NCBI RefSeq assembly: GCF_018350175.1
Contig: NC_058368.1
Location: forward strand, 226,302,001 to 226,362,000
Reading direction: 5' to 3'
Length of the DNA: 60,000 nucleotides
DNA from: Felis catus
Lineage: Eukaryota
The notes beneath the pieces were generated by a model. It was not told the DNA's origin and made no database searches. It saw nothing but the letters and a program-made list of their open reading frames with translations. Below, in pieces: positions 14,375 to 28,704 of the stretch. Numbering within the stretch: the stretch's first letter is position 1; the number at the start of each line of letters is the position of its first letter. The position numbers and the translations under genes are program-made.

Positions 14375-14927
14375 GGATATGTGGTTTTCATATATGGATT
14401 TGTTATTTGGAATTGATTTTACAATTCTGTGGCTGATTAAGTAAGCCCAAAGACCACAGGTAGGCAGTCAGAGAGGGACGATCGTGAGTGGGCTGGAACC
14501 CCATGGGCATGGACTAAGGCTGGTTGCCCACAGACAAGCAGTTAAGAAGGAAGATCCAGGAAGAAGGGGGAATAATTACAGACTCAGCTTCTGTGTGGAG
14601 CCACTGGGCTCAGGGAAGTTCTAAATTCTCTGCTAAAGACTTGCAGCTGATTAAGCCAGACCCACCCAAGACCTTGATTAAAATAGTCAATTGGTTAAGG
14701 GTTTTAATTACATGTGAAAAACCCCTCACAGAAGCACCTCTACCAGTGTTTGAATATCAAACAGAAGGTGTGGTATGCTATAAACTGGCTGTTGCCTTTT
14801 TTTCCCATCCTCCAGCTCTTAGAAGAGATACCTCTTGTAAATGATCCAAACCCATACATGCTGGAAAGGCAATTCTTGAGACTGTAGTTCAACCTCGCCA
14901 AGTTGACACATCACACAGCTATCACAG
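14375..14927 (-). mobile_element. MLT2-type ERVL LTR
   Basis: Ends caagttgacacatcacacagctatcaca, the reverse complement of an MLT2 5' end. Confidence 0.55.
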
Positions 14928-16019
14928 AAAAGAAGCAGCAAAGGCTGATCCAAAGATTCCTGATGGGGAGGTGTCTTTGGGGGAAACGATCATGCCTATG
15001 AGGCACAATGAGTTACATAGCTGGGAGATCCTTTTCTATTTTATATCCTTTGTTGCTATCATGATCCCACACAGAAAAGATGGTGATAGGGAGAGTGAGA
15101 TCATAGAAGGTATAGCAACTCAAGTTCAATAAGCCTCATTCTGGACATCTATTTTCCAAGTTTATTGTGACTCAGTCCCATAGCTGCAGGAGCACCAGAG
15201 CTGATGGCTGACAGGGTGCCTAAGCCTTGTAGCTGTCCTCTGGAATTTCATTGTCTTGTAGCAATATTCACGCATCTTGGATTCTTGGTCTCCGGACACT
15301 GAGTAAAAATGGCATTACTCTACCCAAATGATATTCTCTTGCAAATTAAGAGAAAATATTGTAATCCTCAAGTACTCTATTATTGCAAACTGGCAGTAAA
15401 TATAAGAAAACAATAAACTAATAAGTAAAACAATATAAATGACAAGAACAATAATCAAATTGAATTTTTGAGTAATGTTATGGTCCTCAGATATTTTGAT
15501 TTATTTAGATACACTTAACTGAGTGCCTGTGATAAATAAAAAGACAATTCTGATACAAATTCTGACCTAAAGGAGTTTTATGTCTGCTTGGAGACAAATG
15601 TGACATAGATGGTCATAGTGTATGATAGCAAAGGCTGGATACCATGCGGGAAGAGCGAGTATGATTCCTTGGTGAGACAGAGAATAGAAATTTATAGACC
15701 AGTAACGAAGTGCCATGATACTGACACTTTCACAGTCTACCTCCCACATTGTGAATCTTTACATTTATAGATACGGTCGCCCGCAATTCGGGCTAACCAA
15801 GCGTGAGTCTGTCCGTTTATACCGTCAAAATGGCTGCCATGCAGTGATACAAACAGGTGCAACACAGTAAATCAAAGTGTCATTAATGGCCTTATAAAGG
15901 TAGGGCACTCACATGGCTTTTGTAGGAAACCAGCATGTAGTTTGGCTGATTCCTGTTTTTGTCTGGATTTGTTGAATATCTTACCCTATTGTCAGAGTTT
16001 GCACAAGCACTTAAATGGT

Positions 16020-16072
<53 letters not shown>
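16020..16072. repeat. Compound (GT)n(GA)n microsatellite
   Basis: Read directly from the sequence. Confidence 0.95.
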
Positions 16073-16551
16073 AAGACAAAGATAGAGAGGGATCAAAGTC
16101 AGAACAGCAGGGTGTAGGGTTGAAGGACAATATCAACACAAAATAAATCTAGACTCTTATGCCTAAATTGTAGCCCCTATACCTTGCCTGAATTCTAAGT
16201 TATACCCCTATACGTTGTCTTTCATTCTTTCTGACTTGATCTTTGTAGTTTCCTTGCTTCTGTGATTCTGAATATGAGTTCATGGTCACACACTTCTGCC
16301 CATCAAGTTGACATTAGTGCTGTGTTAACTGGCTCTTACTCCCAGGTTTGCCTACTGGTCTTGGGTCTGGGTTTCTCCAACCAGTTCTAGCTTGATGTAT
16401 GGCAGCCTACCTGGGGAAGGGTTGTGGACATTCTTTATGATCTAATTGTCTGAGATATGGCAGCTTTGACCGGAACTGGGATCGCCCTTAAGCCAAAGTG
16501 GGCATGTGGTTTGAGTTCATTTACAAGCTAATTTTAAAAATCAGGTATTTT

Positions 16552-16763
16552 GGGGGGCCTGGGTGGCTTGGTCGGTTAAGCGTCCGACTTCAGCTCAGGT
16601 CATGATCTCACGGTCCGTGAGTTCGAGCCCCGCGTTGGGCTCTGTGCTGACCGCTCAGAGCCTGGAGCCTGTTTCAGATTCTGTGTCTCCCTCTCTCTCT
16701 GCCCCTCCCCTGTTCATGCTTTGTCTCTCTCTGTCTCAAAAATAAATAAACGTTAAAAAAATT
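16552..16763 (+). mobile_element. SINEC_Fc-type Can-SINE with TSD
   Basis: Full-length head, CT region and A tail. TSD ttaaaaatcaggtatttt at 16534-16551 and 16762-16779. Confidence 0.95.
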
Positions 16764-18832
16764 AAAAATCAGGTATTTTTCCCTCCTTGCTGATAAAAGC
16801 TGTATTATACATAGTGATTATGCACCAGGGAGCCTCATGGAAACTAATAGAAGCCAAAGTATAAGCTTAATATGGTTCCACCATTGTATGTGGAAGGGTT
16901 TGTGTTTTTCTAGGAAAAGTGTTGCTCTCCTAAAGCTCAGTTCTTTCCTCAATTCAGCCTTGCAAGTTAAAACAATAACAATAATGTGACTTTGGGAACA
17001 CAAGGGACTTGTAGAAATATTCCTTCATCTTTCAGAGGAAAACTCAGAATTGGGGCAAACCACCCTGAACATTTTCTCCCAGGAAAAGAACACAGGGTCA
17101 TTCGAGAAGTCTAGGGGACACCACTAGAGAGGGGGATGCCACAGATAAAAAGAATAGTGCAGGTGTGTGCACAGAGGAGTAGAAGAAAAGTCTGCCATCT
17201 TGTGCTATGTCAAGTTGGTTAGGTAAAAACCATGTTTCCCAGGCTCCATTCCCTGCACAGTCTTGAGCTGCATTTGACCAAAGATGAATTGAAGCGAGCT
17301 TTGCAAGGCAGTAATGAAAACCTGGTCAGTATGCTCTGAAAGTTATTGTGACTCCCACAACCTGGCCATGAGCTTCCCCTTTATAGACCCACATAGGTGG
17401 CTTGACACTGGCTTCACAGACAACTAGATGGTGACCCCCTTCATCATCCACTCCCCTCTTGGACCTTCAGTTCCCAGCTTCTCCCACAGTTATATCAGAT
17501 CAAATTCCTATAGTGAATACTTAGTCCCATAACTGAGAGTTTTCCTACCTCCCTGGGGTGAGCCCTGACCTACCTACAAGTGACAAGAGGACTAGACATC
17601 TCATTTCAATTCAACATCATGAACAAAACCTACCAAGAGAAAGCTCTTGCTTAACATTGGGCAAAGTGAGAAATTGGAACTTGAGTAATGGGGTATTCAT
17701 TCATTCATTCATTCATTCAACAACTATGTAGAAAGGTCTCAGCATGTATTAAGTACTGTATGTGGTGAAGATACAATTAAACTCAAAAAGGCCTATTATA
17801 CAATTCATTCTCCAAACCAGATCTGTCAGAGAGTTAAAGGGCACTAATAGTAAATATGCCAGAAAAATAAGCATAAACTGGGACTGTGCTGGACAAATTC
17901 AAGGTACAGGCAAAAAAAGACAGGATTTGGGCTACCATGATGCTGACAATCAAGGCAGAAAGACAGGTGATTTAAAAGTAATCTCACAAATAAACATAGA
18001 CTTATAAGGTTGAGAAGGGCTACAAAGAAGGGGTCCACAGAGCTGAGATAACATATCATAGATTGACCAGGAGGTCAAGAAAGCCTGCTGATTGCACTGG
18101 TATCGTGGATGCTCCCTCCTCCTCTTCTCCCTCCTCCTCTTTCTTTTTCTTTTTCTTTCCTTTTTGTCCCCTCCCCCCTCCCCATGTGAACATTATGCAA
18201 ATACTGATAGAGAGGGCTGGGCTAGGTTGCTGAGGATGCAGACCATTCATATGGGGAGTTGGGTGCAGGTAAAGACTGAATGAAAGTGTTAAAGTTAGAT
18301 ATTCATGAGTTGGAGAGCATCTAGGTTGGAGGAGGGCTCTTCTCCTCTAGAAGTTAACTTGGTCCTAGTAATCAGGTCCTGACCTGGGTGGGAGAGAGCC
18401 TTTCCCGTATATTCCATTTTTATCTTCACCCTTTGCTTTCAGTCTAGAAATTTTGATCTAAAATATAGACCTCCCTCTTTGTTAGCTGTTAGACAAGGTT
18501 TTACTCCTTTTCAGCCGTAGTGTCCTCTTCTGTAAAATGGTTCATCTGAATAGTAATATATCTCATAAGGTCGTTTTAGAGCTAAATAAGATGAAGAATT
18601 TAAATGCTTATGTAATACTTGGCACATAATACCCTTTATATAAATAATACTTCTTGTTGTTATTGTACGATTTTTATTATTATTGGGTCATTGCACTCCT
18701 CCATGAAACTCTTCATGCTGTTATTCCTTAAAGAAATATAAATCGTTAAAATGCTTTCATGTTTCTTTCATTTAATCCCTTATAGATCTAAAACCTGACT
18801 GTTGTCAAAAGGTCTAACATATTGCAAAAATA

Positions 18833-19024
18833 AGGACATCTGAGTGGCTCAGTTGGTTGTGCCCGACTCTCGATCTCAGCTCAGGTCACGATCTCATGGT
18901 TTGTGAGTTTCAGCCTCACGTTGGGCTCTGTGCTCATAGCACAGAGCCTGCTTGAGATTCTCTCTCCCTCCCCTGCTCATGCTCTCCCCTCAAAATGAAT
19001 AAATAAACTTAAAAAAAATAAAAA
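18833..19024 (+). mobile_element. Older Can-SINE
   Basis: Diverged head gtggctcagttggttg...ctcaggtcacgatctc and A-rich tail. Imperfect TSD atatt(g/a)caaaaat. Confidence 0.88.
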
Positions 19025-19070
19025 TATATTACAAAAATGAAGAAAAAATTTTACTATATTTCTACATCTT

Positions 19071-19274
19071 AACAAAAAACTTTTTAACATTCATTTTTTT
19101 CAGAGACTGAGAGAATACGAGTGAGGGAGGAGCAGAGAGAGAGAGGGAGACAGAATCTCAAGCAGGTTCCAGCCTGTCAGCACAGAGCCTGACACGAGGC
19201 TCAAACTCAAGAGTCATGAGATCACGACCTGAGCCGAAGTTGGACGCTTACCGACTAAGCCACCCAGGCACCCC
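19071..19274 (-). mobile_element. Can-SINE with TSD
   Basis: Ends ...gccacccaggcacccc. TSD ctatatttctacatctt at 19054-19070 and 19278-19294. Confidence 0.9.
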
Positions 19275-19819
19275 TTCCTATATTTCTACATCTTTTTTTT
19301 TCAAGTTCTTTCACCTTTTTTTTTCAAGTTCTTTCACTGTTTTTAAATTTCTACATCATAAAGATAAATAATGCTAACACTTTGATTTATTTTCTTTCTA
19401 TATTTTGCTTTGAATTTTTATGTGGTTGTGTTAAAGTATATAACATACAGTATATGTTGAATTATTTGAATTTATTTTTTCTCACTTACAAATTACATGT
19501 GTTCATTATACAAAAATTACAAATGCTGACAAAATCCACACTCAAAATACTGAAGGTATACAACTGTTAATACTTTGGGTGTATTTTCTTATTGCCTTTT
19601 TCTATGCTTTTAAATAAACATAGTTGAAATCATACTGTGTACCTTGATTTTTAAACATTAACAAGGGACATTTACAGATTCTATATGAGAAACTTTGTAA
19701 AGAACTGTTCAGTAATAGCTAATATCAGCCCCTGAGTAGATTTATTGGGATTTTTATAATTAAAAATCTCCAATCACTGCTGTCTTCAACAGGAATGTTA
19801 AAGAGGCAAAAATTATTAT

Positions 19820-20014
19820 TTTTTTTATAAAATGTTTAAAGTTTATTTTCAGGAAGAGAGAGAGAGAGTGGGGGAGGGACAGAGAGAAGGAGAGAGAGAA
19901 TCCTCAGCACTGTCAGTGTGGAGCCCAAGTTGGGGCTTGAACCCATGAACTGTGAGCTCATGATCTGAGCAGAGGTCAAGAGTCAGGCGCTTAACCAACT
20001 AAGCTACCCAGGAG
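19820..20014 (-). mobile_element. Older Can-SINE
   Basis: Reverse-strand SINE flanked by aagaggc(c)aaaaattatta direct repeats. Confidence 0.88.
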
Positions 20015-20862
20015 TTGCAAGAGGCCAAAAATTATTACTCAAGTAATTTACAATGAAATTGAGATGGCCTATACATCTGCAGTTTTATGAATAAAGGAAA
20101 CACAATGTTCAGTATTCCTTCTAATTCAGTGTCCCCAATACTCAAGAATGTCTAGCCATGGTTGGCAGGAGTGCACAAAATTAAAAAAAAATCATTTTAG
20201 GTATCATCCACCATGGCTGTGGGGTGATTCTAAGAACACCACAATTTCTCTTACTAATCGAATGAAATCCGAGGGAAGTGATTTGGGTAACCCACCCCTT
20301 GGGTCTCAGACTGGGCTGATCAACATGAACCTTCTCGACTCTAGGTTTGGCATGAATGCTGAAGGATGCTTAACCCGGACAAGTCTTTCATACCACTGCC
20401 AGTTGTCTGTAAAGGATGAGATAAATAGATAAGTCAGACACATGCGGTCTGGGTTACTTTGTAGACAGCCTTATATTATGCTATGTTAGTGTAAGTTGTG
20501 TTGTGTTGTGTTAAGTTATGGTAGGTAAACTACACATTAGATTTAAATTTTGATTCATCTCATCAGTCGAAACTGTTCAAAATGCAAGGGTAATTTTCTG
20601 AGCAACTGAATGTCTGTCTGCCTCTTGAGCAACGTGCCACATTAAAATGCCCAGGCTACACAGTTACATGTGACTCCATTGTCCCTTGGTATTTCGTGTT
20701 GCAGAGGCACTTGACCAAAGGCAACTTGTATTCAGCTTATTCTAGAAGCTTATAAAATTTTCCTTTACTTTTGAAATTCAACTTCCATCAGGATGTAGGG
20801 ATCTTGTTACTGAGTATTCCTGGAACACGCTAACGTGCTTTAAATCTGTATCCTCAGATTTT

Positions 20863-21094
20863 ATTTATTTTTATTTTTATTTTTTTTAACATTTATTTAT
20901 TTTTGAGACAGAGAGAGAGAGACAGAGCATGAACGGGGGAGGGGCAGAGAGAGAGGGAGACACAGAATCGGAAGCAGGCTCCAGGCTCTGAGCCCTCAGC
21001 CCAGAGCCCGACGCGGGGCTCGAACCCATGGACCACGAGATCGTGACCTGAGCTGGAGTTGGACGCTTAACCGATTGAGCCACCCAGGCGCCCC
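20863..21094 (-). mobile_element. SINEC_Fc Can-SINE with TSD
   Basis: Near-consensus copy. TSD tgtatcctca(g/c)atttt at 20847-20862 and 21095-21110. Confidence 0.95.
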
Positions 21095-21984
21095 TGTATC
21101 CTCACATTTTCAACCTCAGACTCGGCAAAGTCTGTAAACATGAAAGTTGCTTTCTCAAACACACCTTCGATGATTGCTTCTGCAGTTTCCCCAGGTTCTC
21201 TTCCATATCACTTCTTTTATTTTTTTACATTGTCAGTTCTGTGTTTTACTGCCTCCCATAGAAAATTTAACTTTGTGACTATATTGCTGACTTCCTTCTA
21301 ATAATTCCCTGTCCCATTTATCTGTTGTTCATGTCATTGTGTTGACTTTTCTCAGCCATTTCTCTCCTTGTAGCTTTTTCTTCTTTTCTATAATGCTCAT
21401 ATGTTTCTCACAGCCATTAATTAATGCCAGGTATCCACATTTTTCACTCCTATGTGGTTCCTATAATAAATGATTTTTAAAGAAGTTTTTGTCTCTGAGT
21501 CTCAGGATAATGTTCCCTTCATCTAAGTCTGTTGCATTGAATGTTCACACAAACTTTAGGTGATCAGATCCATTGTTAATTTACAGAAAGGATTAGATTG
21601 TATTCTAGCTCTTTCAATGTGGTGGCTAATCGAAGCCTTGTGAAAATATTCTGTTGCCCACCAGCTGCTCTAAAGTTTCTGGAGCTCCTTTGGCCTGTGG
21701 TTTTCAGTTGGGTTCATCCAATGGGACTCATGGATGTTGTAGTATCCGTTGCTCTGGCCCCCTTCCTGAGGCTGCTGGTCTCTGAATCAGTGCCTTGAAT
21801 TAAGGCACCCCTTGCACTCAGCTCTTTTTGTCCATATTCTGGTAATCACTTACTCCTCCCCTCTTCTTGTCTTTTTAGACCCACGGAGAATGGCAGCCCT
21901 GTTGTTTTTCACTCCAATATACTCTACTATCAATTTTGTTTTCCCTTACTTTTATAAATAGTCCCTCCTATAATGTGTCAATTA

Positions 21985-22383
21985 CATATCAATTGTATGT
22001 GTCAGCTTGGCTAGGCTATGGTACCCAGTTGTTTGGTCAAAGGTTAGTCAAGTTGTTCTTGTGAAGGCTTTTTGTAAATGTGATTAGCACTTGCAATCCA
22101 CTGACTTTTATAATCGGATTCTCCTCCATAGGATGGGTGAGCCTCATCCAATCAGTTGGAAGCCTTAAGAACAAAAACAGATTTCCCAGAGAAGAAATTT
22201 GGTTTCAAGACTGGAACATAGAAATTGCGCCTGAATTTTGAGCTTACTAGCTGCCTTACAGATTTGAGACTCACTAGTTGCCACAATCTTATTTAGCCAT
22301 TTCCTTAAAATAAATCTCTCTCTCAATAGAGATACCTATCTATCTATCTCTCCAACTGGTTCTGGAGAACACTGACTAATACA
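21985..22383 (+). mobile_element. MLT2-type ERVL solo LTR
   Basis: tatgtgtcagcttggctaggctatggtacccag...ctcatccaatcagttg...ctggagaacactgactaataca. Confidence 0.8.
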
Positions 22384-23310
22384 CGCACTCAAGTTATCAT
22401 AATTTGAATGTGAAAATCTGATTCCTGTAGGAACCATGACTGCTGTAAAGCTCTCGATAGCTACAGCTTGAGAGTGGTCTGGATTCCCCACCCCAATTCT
22501 CATTCCATCATTATTTGTCTCAGGAACTTCTTTTGTGCTAGTGTCTACGAGTTATTACCCCTGGAATTGGACTGGGAAGATGTAGTCCTTGCTTTGTCAA
22601 GCTTTCAGATTCTTGGGAAGCCTGAAAACTACAATAAGATAAAACAAATGTGATGGTGGACCAAGAGAGGTATCATAGGGCATCTTCTCTTGTTGTGGAT
22701 GTTAGGAAAGCTTCTGAGTGGAAACCAGCTCCAGGTGGGGAGGAAAGGTGTATGGGGTTATGCAGATGAAGAGAAATTGGTAATTGGAGGATTTCCAGAC
22801 CCCAGACCTGCCTGTGTGGAGCTTTTAAGGCAGAAAATGTGGGTAGGAGATCCACCTCCTATATGTTGATACTAATCTTCCCAATCTCCTTGGCTCCCTG
22901 ACATTTTAAAGAGCTAGACCATAGGAGAAACCCCATCCCAAGTCAGTCCTGCTTTCTGGGCTATTTCTGCAGCTGCATCCAGAGTACGTTATTTGGGTGG
23001 ACTCTTCTCCCTGGATGTTCACTGTCAGCCTCCTTCTTGCTCAGAAGTTTTCTGGGAATTTCAGTCTCCAATGAGTGTAAGCATAAAGGTGCTACCACAT
23101 TTTCAAAATCACATGTAATACTTCAGTTGATATTTCCTTGCAGATAAGAAACAATGGTCCAACTTTCTGGCTGGTACCATCCTTACCTTTCTTGGCCAGA
23201 AGCACACAGTATGTAAGTTTCCATCAATTTTATAGTTAATGGAAATTCCCCCAAATCCTGGAAACATTTGCCCAACATTTCTGCTTCTCAGAGCAGTATG
23301 AGTCATTATT

Positions 23311-23366
23311 GATTGATGGATGGATGGATGGATGGATGGAAGGATGGACTGATGGATGGATGGATT
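23311..23366. repeat. (GATG)n tetranucleotide repeat
   Basis: Read directly from the sequence. Confidence 0.9.
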
Positions 23367-26340
23367 GATCTTTAGCCAGAAAGGTCAGAAAATGAAGCAA
23401 AATGTTAGAGGAAGCCGGGAGAAGTTTCTTCAGGAACTGTTAGCCAGATGTCATTTTAAAACATGAAGTCTGAACCCATAGTGTTTGATAAGGGAATGAC
23501 CTTCAGTTCCATTTATATAAGTGAAGTCTGCCGGTTAGAGCAGAAACTTTATCGAATCAAAGAGGACTTCTCTTGGATACTCTAGATAATTGCCTCAGTG
23601 GTCCCTTTAGTGCACATATTTTGCAGAAATAGTGTTCGAGGGAGTGGGGGATGGTAGGGCTAATTGGTGAGTCTGGTTTTATAAGCAGGCTGCTTTCATC
23701 TTGCTCTTCTTTGGAAATAATGAGGTTTGTAAAATCGCTGTAAATATATGTCTGAACATGTAACCCTCCTCACCTCTCTCTCCTCATGATTTCATAAGCA
23801 GCTGGTGCTGCCGGGGCAGTTTAACAGAGTCAGCTTGCTGTTTCGAGGACATCTGTATCCAATATAGACTATCTCTGGCATGTCTGGGTCCCTTCTCTGT
23901 GTGTAACATGATGGAAAGCAGGCTCCGAGTTTTGGGTCCTTGCCCCATGTACTTCTCCATATCAGGAAGTGAACAGCCACTTCCTTTCCAAGTTTTGTAA
24001 ATGCGGAGGGGCTTTTCATTTTCTATCAAGAGGATGAGATTTTCTTCCTCCCTGTGATCTCAGAAGTTCTTGTAGCTGGCACTTTGCAGAAAGTGAAAAG
24101 AAAAAGGGTGGGGGGGGGGGGGCTCTGTCCTCCATTATACCATCTGCTCTACAGTCTCGTAATTCCCAAAACACAGCAAGTCCCAACTTCTCATGTCGGT
24201 TTTGTAACTAAAAACAATAGACGTAAAACAAGCCATATTTAATACCCAACGTTGAACAAGGTTGGGTGATGCCTACAAAGGGACAATTCAGATCCACGTG
24301 GTGGGTGTGTTCTCCATTTTCTTTCGTTCTGGAATTTCCTTTTCAAAGAAATCATTTTATAAAATCGTCTTAGAAAGTATTCTCTGGCCTATAAATTCTG
24401 ATGAATTACTTGAAATGAATCATAAATAGATTAACGTACTTTAACTTGATCTTGTCCTGTGTAAACTAGAAGAGTTTGCTGAACGAAGAGAGGATTTGAC
24501 AGAGTTGATGTCCTTCAGTCATGGCTCTCAGTGTGTGGTCCCTGCGCCCGCAAAATCGGCATTCCTTCAAAATTCGTCCGGGAGGCAAATTCTCTGCCCC
24601 ATCAAAATCAGAAGGTCCTGGGCTGTGGCCCATCAGCCTGAGTCTTAAGAAGCCCTTCGAGTGATTCTTGTGAACTCCAAAGCTGGGGAATGTCCAGGCC
24701 CCAAAGGGCAACTGGACAAGTAGAGCTGAAGTAGAAGTTGATGTCTCTACAGGGAAGCCCAGAGAAAAAGTGGCAGTGACTGAGAGGTCCAGGCAATCCT
24801 GTGACAGAGTGATGGCTCTGGCCACGTTTGTTTGTTTAGGTAGCCACAAGGTAACTTGGCAGCTGGTGTATGTTTTCTGTGAGAAATCACCTGAGTGTTC
24901 TGATTTAAGCCGTATTAATTTAATCTTCACAACAATCCCACGCGGTAGGTACCGTCATCCTTGCTTTCAAGATGCGGAAACTAAGGTTGCTGCCTTGTCC
25001 AGGCCACACAGCTCAGTCAGCAGAGAAGGCACGCTCCTGCCCAGTATCCCTGGGGTTTAGAAATGGCCACCTCTCCCTGGATTTGCAGAAATCCAAGAAG
25101 GGGCTAGAGACCTTTCACCAGAAATGCAGGAGCTCTCTCGGGGTAGGGTCTGAGGCTGTACGTGCTCCCAAAAGTACAAAATTAAGGAAGCGTCTCAAGA
25201 AAGCTAGGATACAACTTCATATGGCACAGATCCTGTGCTCTCTGATACTTAAGCATCCTTGTCCCTAGAATCACACTCAACCGTAGCATCGGTTTATGTA
25301 GGCAAGTCCATTTCTCAATGCTAACGCCCACTCCAATGGAATATTTCTCATATGTGGTAGGGATCTATGTAAGATAGCACGTTTTCATTTAGCTAGAAGG
25401 AAACCAGAGGCAATGTTCAAATATTAACGGTTCTCCTGGATTGACAACGTGAAGCAACATTATATTGCGGTATCATTGGTAGGAGCATTTGATTGTATTA
25501 TTTTGTGTATCTATGTTTTGAGGGAAGAAAAAAATCAGGAAAAGCTTAGTGTGGGAAAGGTGTGGAGATTTACTCTCCACTTACTCTTTACTTCCTTCTG
25601 TTGATTTGTAGCTATTATTTTACAACATATTCATTTATTTCTTTTTAAATTCCAGTAATTCACACAGTGTTACATTAGTTTCAGGTGTACAATGCAGTGA
25701 TTCAACAATTTTATACATTACTCAGTGCTTATCACTGTAATGGTATTCTTAATCGCCTTTACCTGTTTTGCCCACTCTCCCACCCACCTTCCCTCTGGCA
25801 ACCACGAGTTTCTTCCCGATATTTGAGTCTGGTTTTTTGTTAGTCTCTTTTTTTCCTTTGTCTGTTTGCTTTGTTTCTTAAATTCCACATATGAGAGAAC
25901 TATGCTATTTGTCTTTCTCTTGACTGGCTTAGCTTAGCATTATATTCTCTAGATCCATCCGTGTTGTTGTAAATGGCAAGATTTCATTCTTTTTTATGGC
26001 TGGGTAATATTCAGTCGTGTATACATACCACAGCTTCTTTATTCATCTGTTGATGGACACGTGGGCTGCTTGCAGAGTTTGGATATTGTATGTAATGCTA
26101 CAACAAACATTGGGGCACGTATATTCCTCCGAATTAGTGTTTTCATATCCTTTGAATAAATAGCCAGTAATGTGACTACTGGATAGCATGGTAGTTCCAT
26201 TTTTAATGTTTTGAGGAACCTCCATACTATCTTCTACAGGGGCTGCACCAGTTTGCATTCCCGACAGTGCATGCGTGTTCCTCTGTCTCCACATCCCATC
26301 ACTTAGTTAGTTATTCTGATAGCTTATTTTATTTGACTTT

Positions 26341-26370
26341 ATTTTTTATTTTTAAAAGCTTACTTACAAC

Positions 26371-26418
<48 letters not shown>

Positions 26419-26572
26419 AACTCAAGCAGAGGAGGGGCAGAGAGAAAGAATCCCAAGCAGGTTCCATGCGACCAGAAGAGAGCCTGATGCTGGGGCTCAA
26501 TCTCACAAACTGTGAGATCATGCCCTGAGTTGAAATCAAGAGTTGAACACTTAACTGAGCCACCCAGGCACC
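26341..26572 (-). mobile_element. Can-SINE inside L1, with expanded (GA)n
   Basis: Ends ...ctgagccacccaggcacc; (GA)n at ~26374-26415. Confidence 0.88.
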
Positions 26573-27298
26573 TTGACAGATGATTTTGATTTGTATTGTG
26601 GTTTTGATTTGCATTTCCCTGATGATGAGTGATGTTAAGCAATTTTTCATGTGTGTGTTGACCATCTGTATGCTTTCTTTGGAGACATATCTATTCATGT
26701 CATCTGTCCATCTTAAAATAGAATTATTATTATTATTTGGTGTTGAGTTGTATATGTTCTTTAGAGATTTTAGATATTAACCCTTTATTGGATATGTCAT
26801 TTGCAAAGATCTTCTCCAATTTGGTGGGTTGTCTATTCTATTGATGGTTTCCTTCCCTGTGCAAAAGCTTTTTATTTTGATGTGGTCCCAATAGTTTATT
26901 TTTGCTTTTGTTTCGCTTGTCAAAGGAGACGTGTCTAGAAAAATGTCTCTAAGACTGATGCCAAAGAGATTACTGCCAAGTATTCTTCCAGAAATTCTAC
27001 GGTTTCAGGTCTCACATGTAGGCTTTTAATTCATTTTGAGTTTATTTTTGTGTATCGTGTAAGAAAGTGATTCAGTTTTATTCTTTTGCATGTAGCTGTC
27101 CAGTATTCCCAACACCATTTGTTGAAGAGACTTTTTCCCATTGCATATTCTTGCTTCCTTTGTTATAGATTAATTGACCATATAATTGTGGGTTTATTTG
27201 GGGGATCTGTGTTCTATTGATCTATGTGTCTAATTTTGTGCCAGTACCATATTGTTTTGATTACTACAGCTTTGTAGTATGTTTTGAAGTCTGGGATT

Positions 27299-27518
27299 GG
27301 GGCGCCTGGGTGGCTCAGTCGGTTGAGCGTCCGACTTCGGCTCAGGTCATGATCTCACGGTCTGTGAGTTCGAGCCCCGCATTGGGCTCTGTGCTGACAG
27401 CTCAGAGCCTGGAGCCTGCTTCGGATTCTGTGTCTCCCTCTCTCTCTGGCCCTCCCCCATTCATGCTCTGTCTCTCTCTGTCTCAAAAATAAATAAATTT
27501 AAAAAAAATAAAAAAAAA
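27299..27518 (+). mobile_element. SINEC_Fc-type Can-SINE inside L1
   Basis: Full length. TSD gaa(g/a)tctgggatt at 27286-27298 and 27519-27531. Confidence 0.95.
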
Positions 27519-28665
27519 GAAATCTGGGATTGTTGTACTTCCAGTTTTATTACTCTTTCTCAAGATTTCTTTGGCTACTCAAGGTTTGTACCCATTATTT
27601 GGACAGTTTCTTCCTGGTACCTAACTTGGGCAGCCCAAGTCACAAATACTCTTCTATACTTTTCAATGAGAGGTGACCAGAATCCACAAACCTGGGCTTC
27701 CCTTTCTATCCAACTACCACTAAGAAGACTGGGTGCTCACTATTTCTTCCACAAGCCCTAGTCAGTTTTTGCTCACTTCTTCCACATCTGGCCGTGGTCG
27801 ACTCTGTTCACTTGCTCATCCCAGCTAGGGATGCTCAAGTGGCTGGTGTTGCTGTCTGAGCACAGTCTGTTGGTGTGGCTGGTGGGTCATTTCTGTCCTC
27901 ATTGACGAACGTGGCCAAGTAGGTGAAGAATACATACATTTAAGCAGCAAAGCTTGTTCTTGAGCCATAAACATGTTAAAATTAAACTTAAGGATATTTT
28001 TAAGAGTATCTTCTTGATATTCAGAGATAGAGTATACAGATTGCCTTAGAATAGGAAAGAAAATTGAAAGAATTTAAACAAAGTTTTCTAGCATAATTTT
28101 TTTCCTTCATAGAAGACCATCTTGGAAGCCAAAAACACTATATTTTTAGGAACTTTTCAGAGAATAGGCTACTCTGAACCAAGTTTGTACCTTATAGGTA
28201 GTGTCTTCCCCAAGAACTTAATCGTAATAAGAAAGTAAATAAATCAGTAGTTGACTGAAACCTTAGCATTTTTCAATCACAGTGAATGTTCTTGAGTTCA
28301 GAGTGGCATCTGAAGGTGGCTTCAGTGATATGATGACTAAGAAGGCAAAAATCGATGCAAATAAAAGAGAAATGAGCAGGACTTCTTGGAGACAACCATG
28401 GAGAGCTAGTGGAGCAGAACATGAAAGCAGGTGTAAGATCTTGCTGGGTTTGCACCCTGAAGACTTTGTTGGAAGTGCAGAAAGGTTACTTATCCTTTTA
28501 CAGGACTTCAGAGTTGAGAAAGTACTTTCTTTTACCATCCCTCAGTCTACAACCAGTAAAAGAGGGCTGGGGCAAATTCCCACATGTGAGGGATGAAGCC
28601 CTGAGGAAAGGATTAAGTGACCTGTCCAGGGTCATATAGCTAATAAGTCATAGAACTGACACTTT

Positions 28666-28704
<39 letters not shown>

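Larger units (their letters stand above)
25635..27588 (-). mobile_element. Carnivore L1 3' portion (5'-truncated), hosting two SINEs
   Basis: Carnivore-type L1 3' UTR (gtgttacattagtttcaggtgtacaa...) and ORF2-like peptides ([34 protein letters not shown]). Confidence 0.88.

Noticed and set aside
15770..16015. Locally CpG-retaining unique-looking stretch
   Set aside because: Could be an old DNA-transposon remnant or a regulatory element, but I cannot assign it from sequence alone.
16563..16745. Recurrent ~60-70 aa ORFs (…SVKRPTSAQV…SLSQK) here and at 20886, 27217, 34676 and 44861
   Set aside because: These are translations of Can-SINE consensus, not a gene family.
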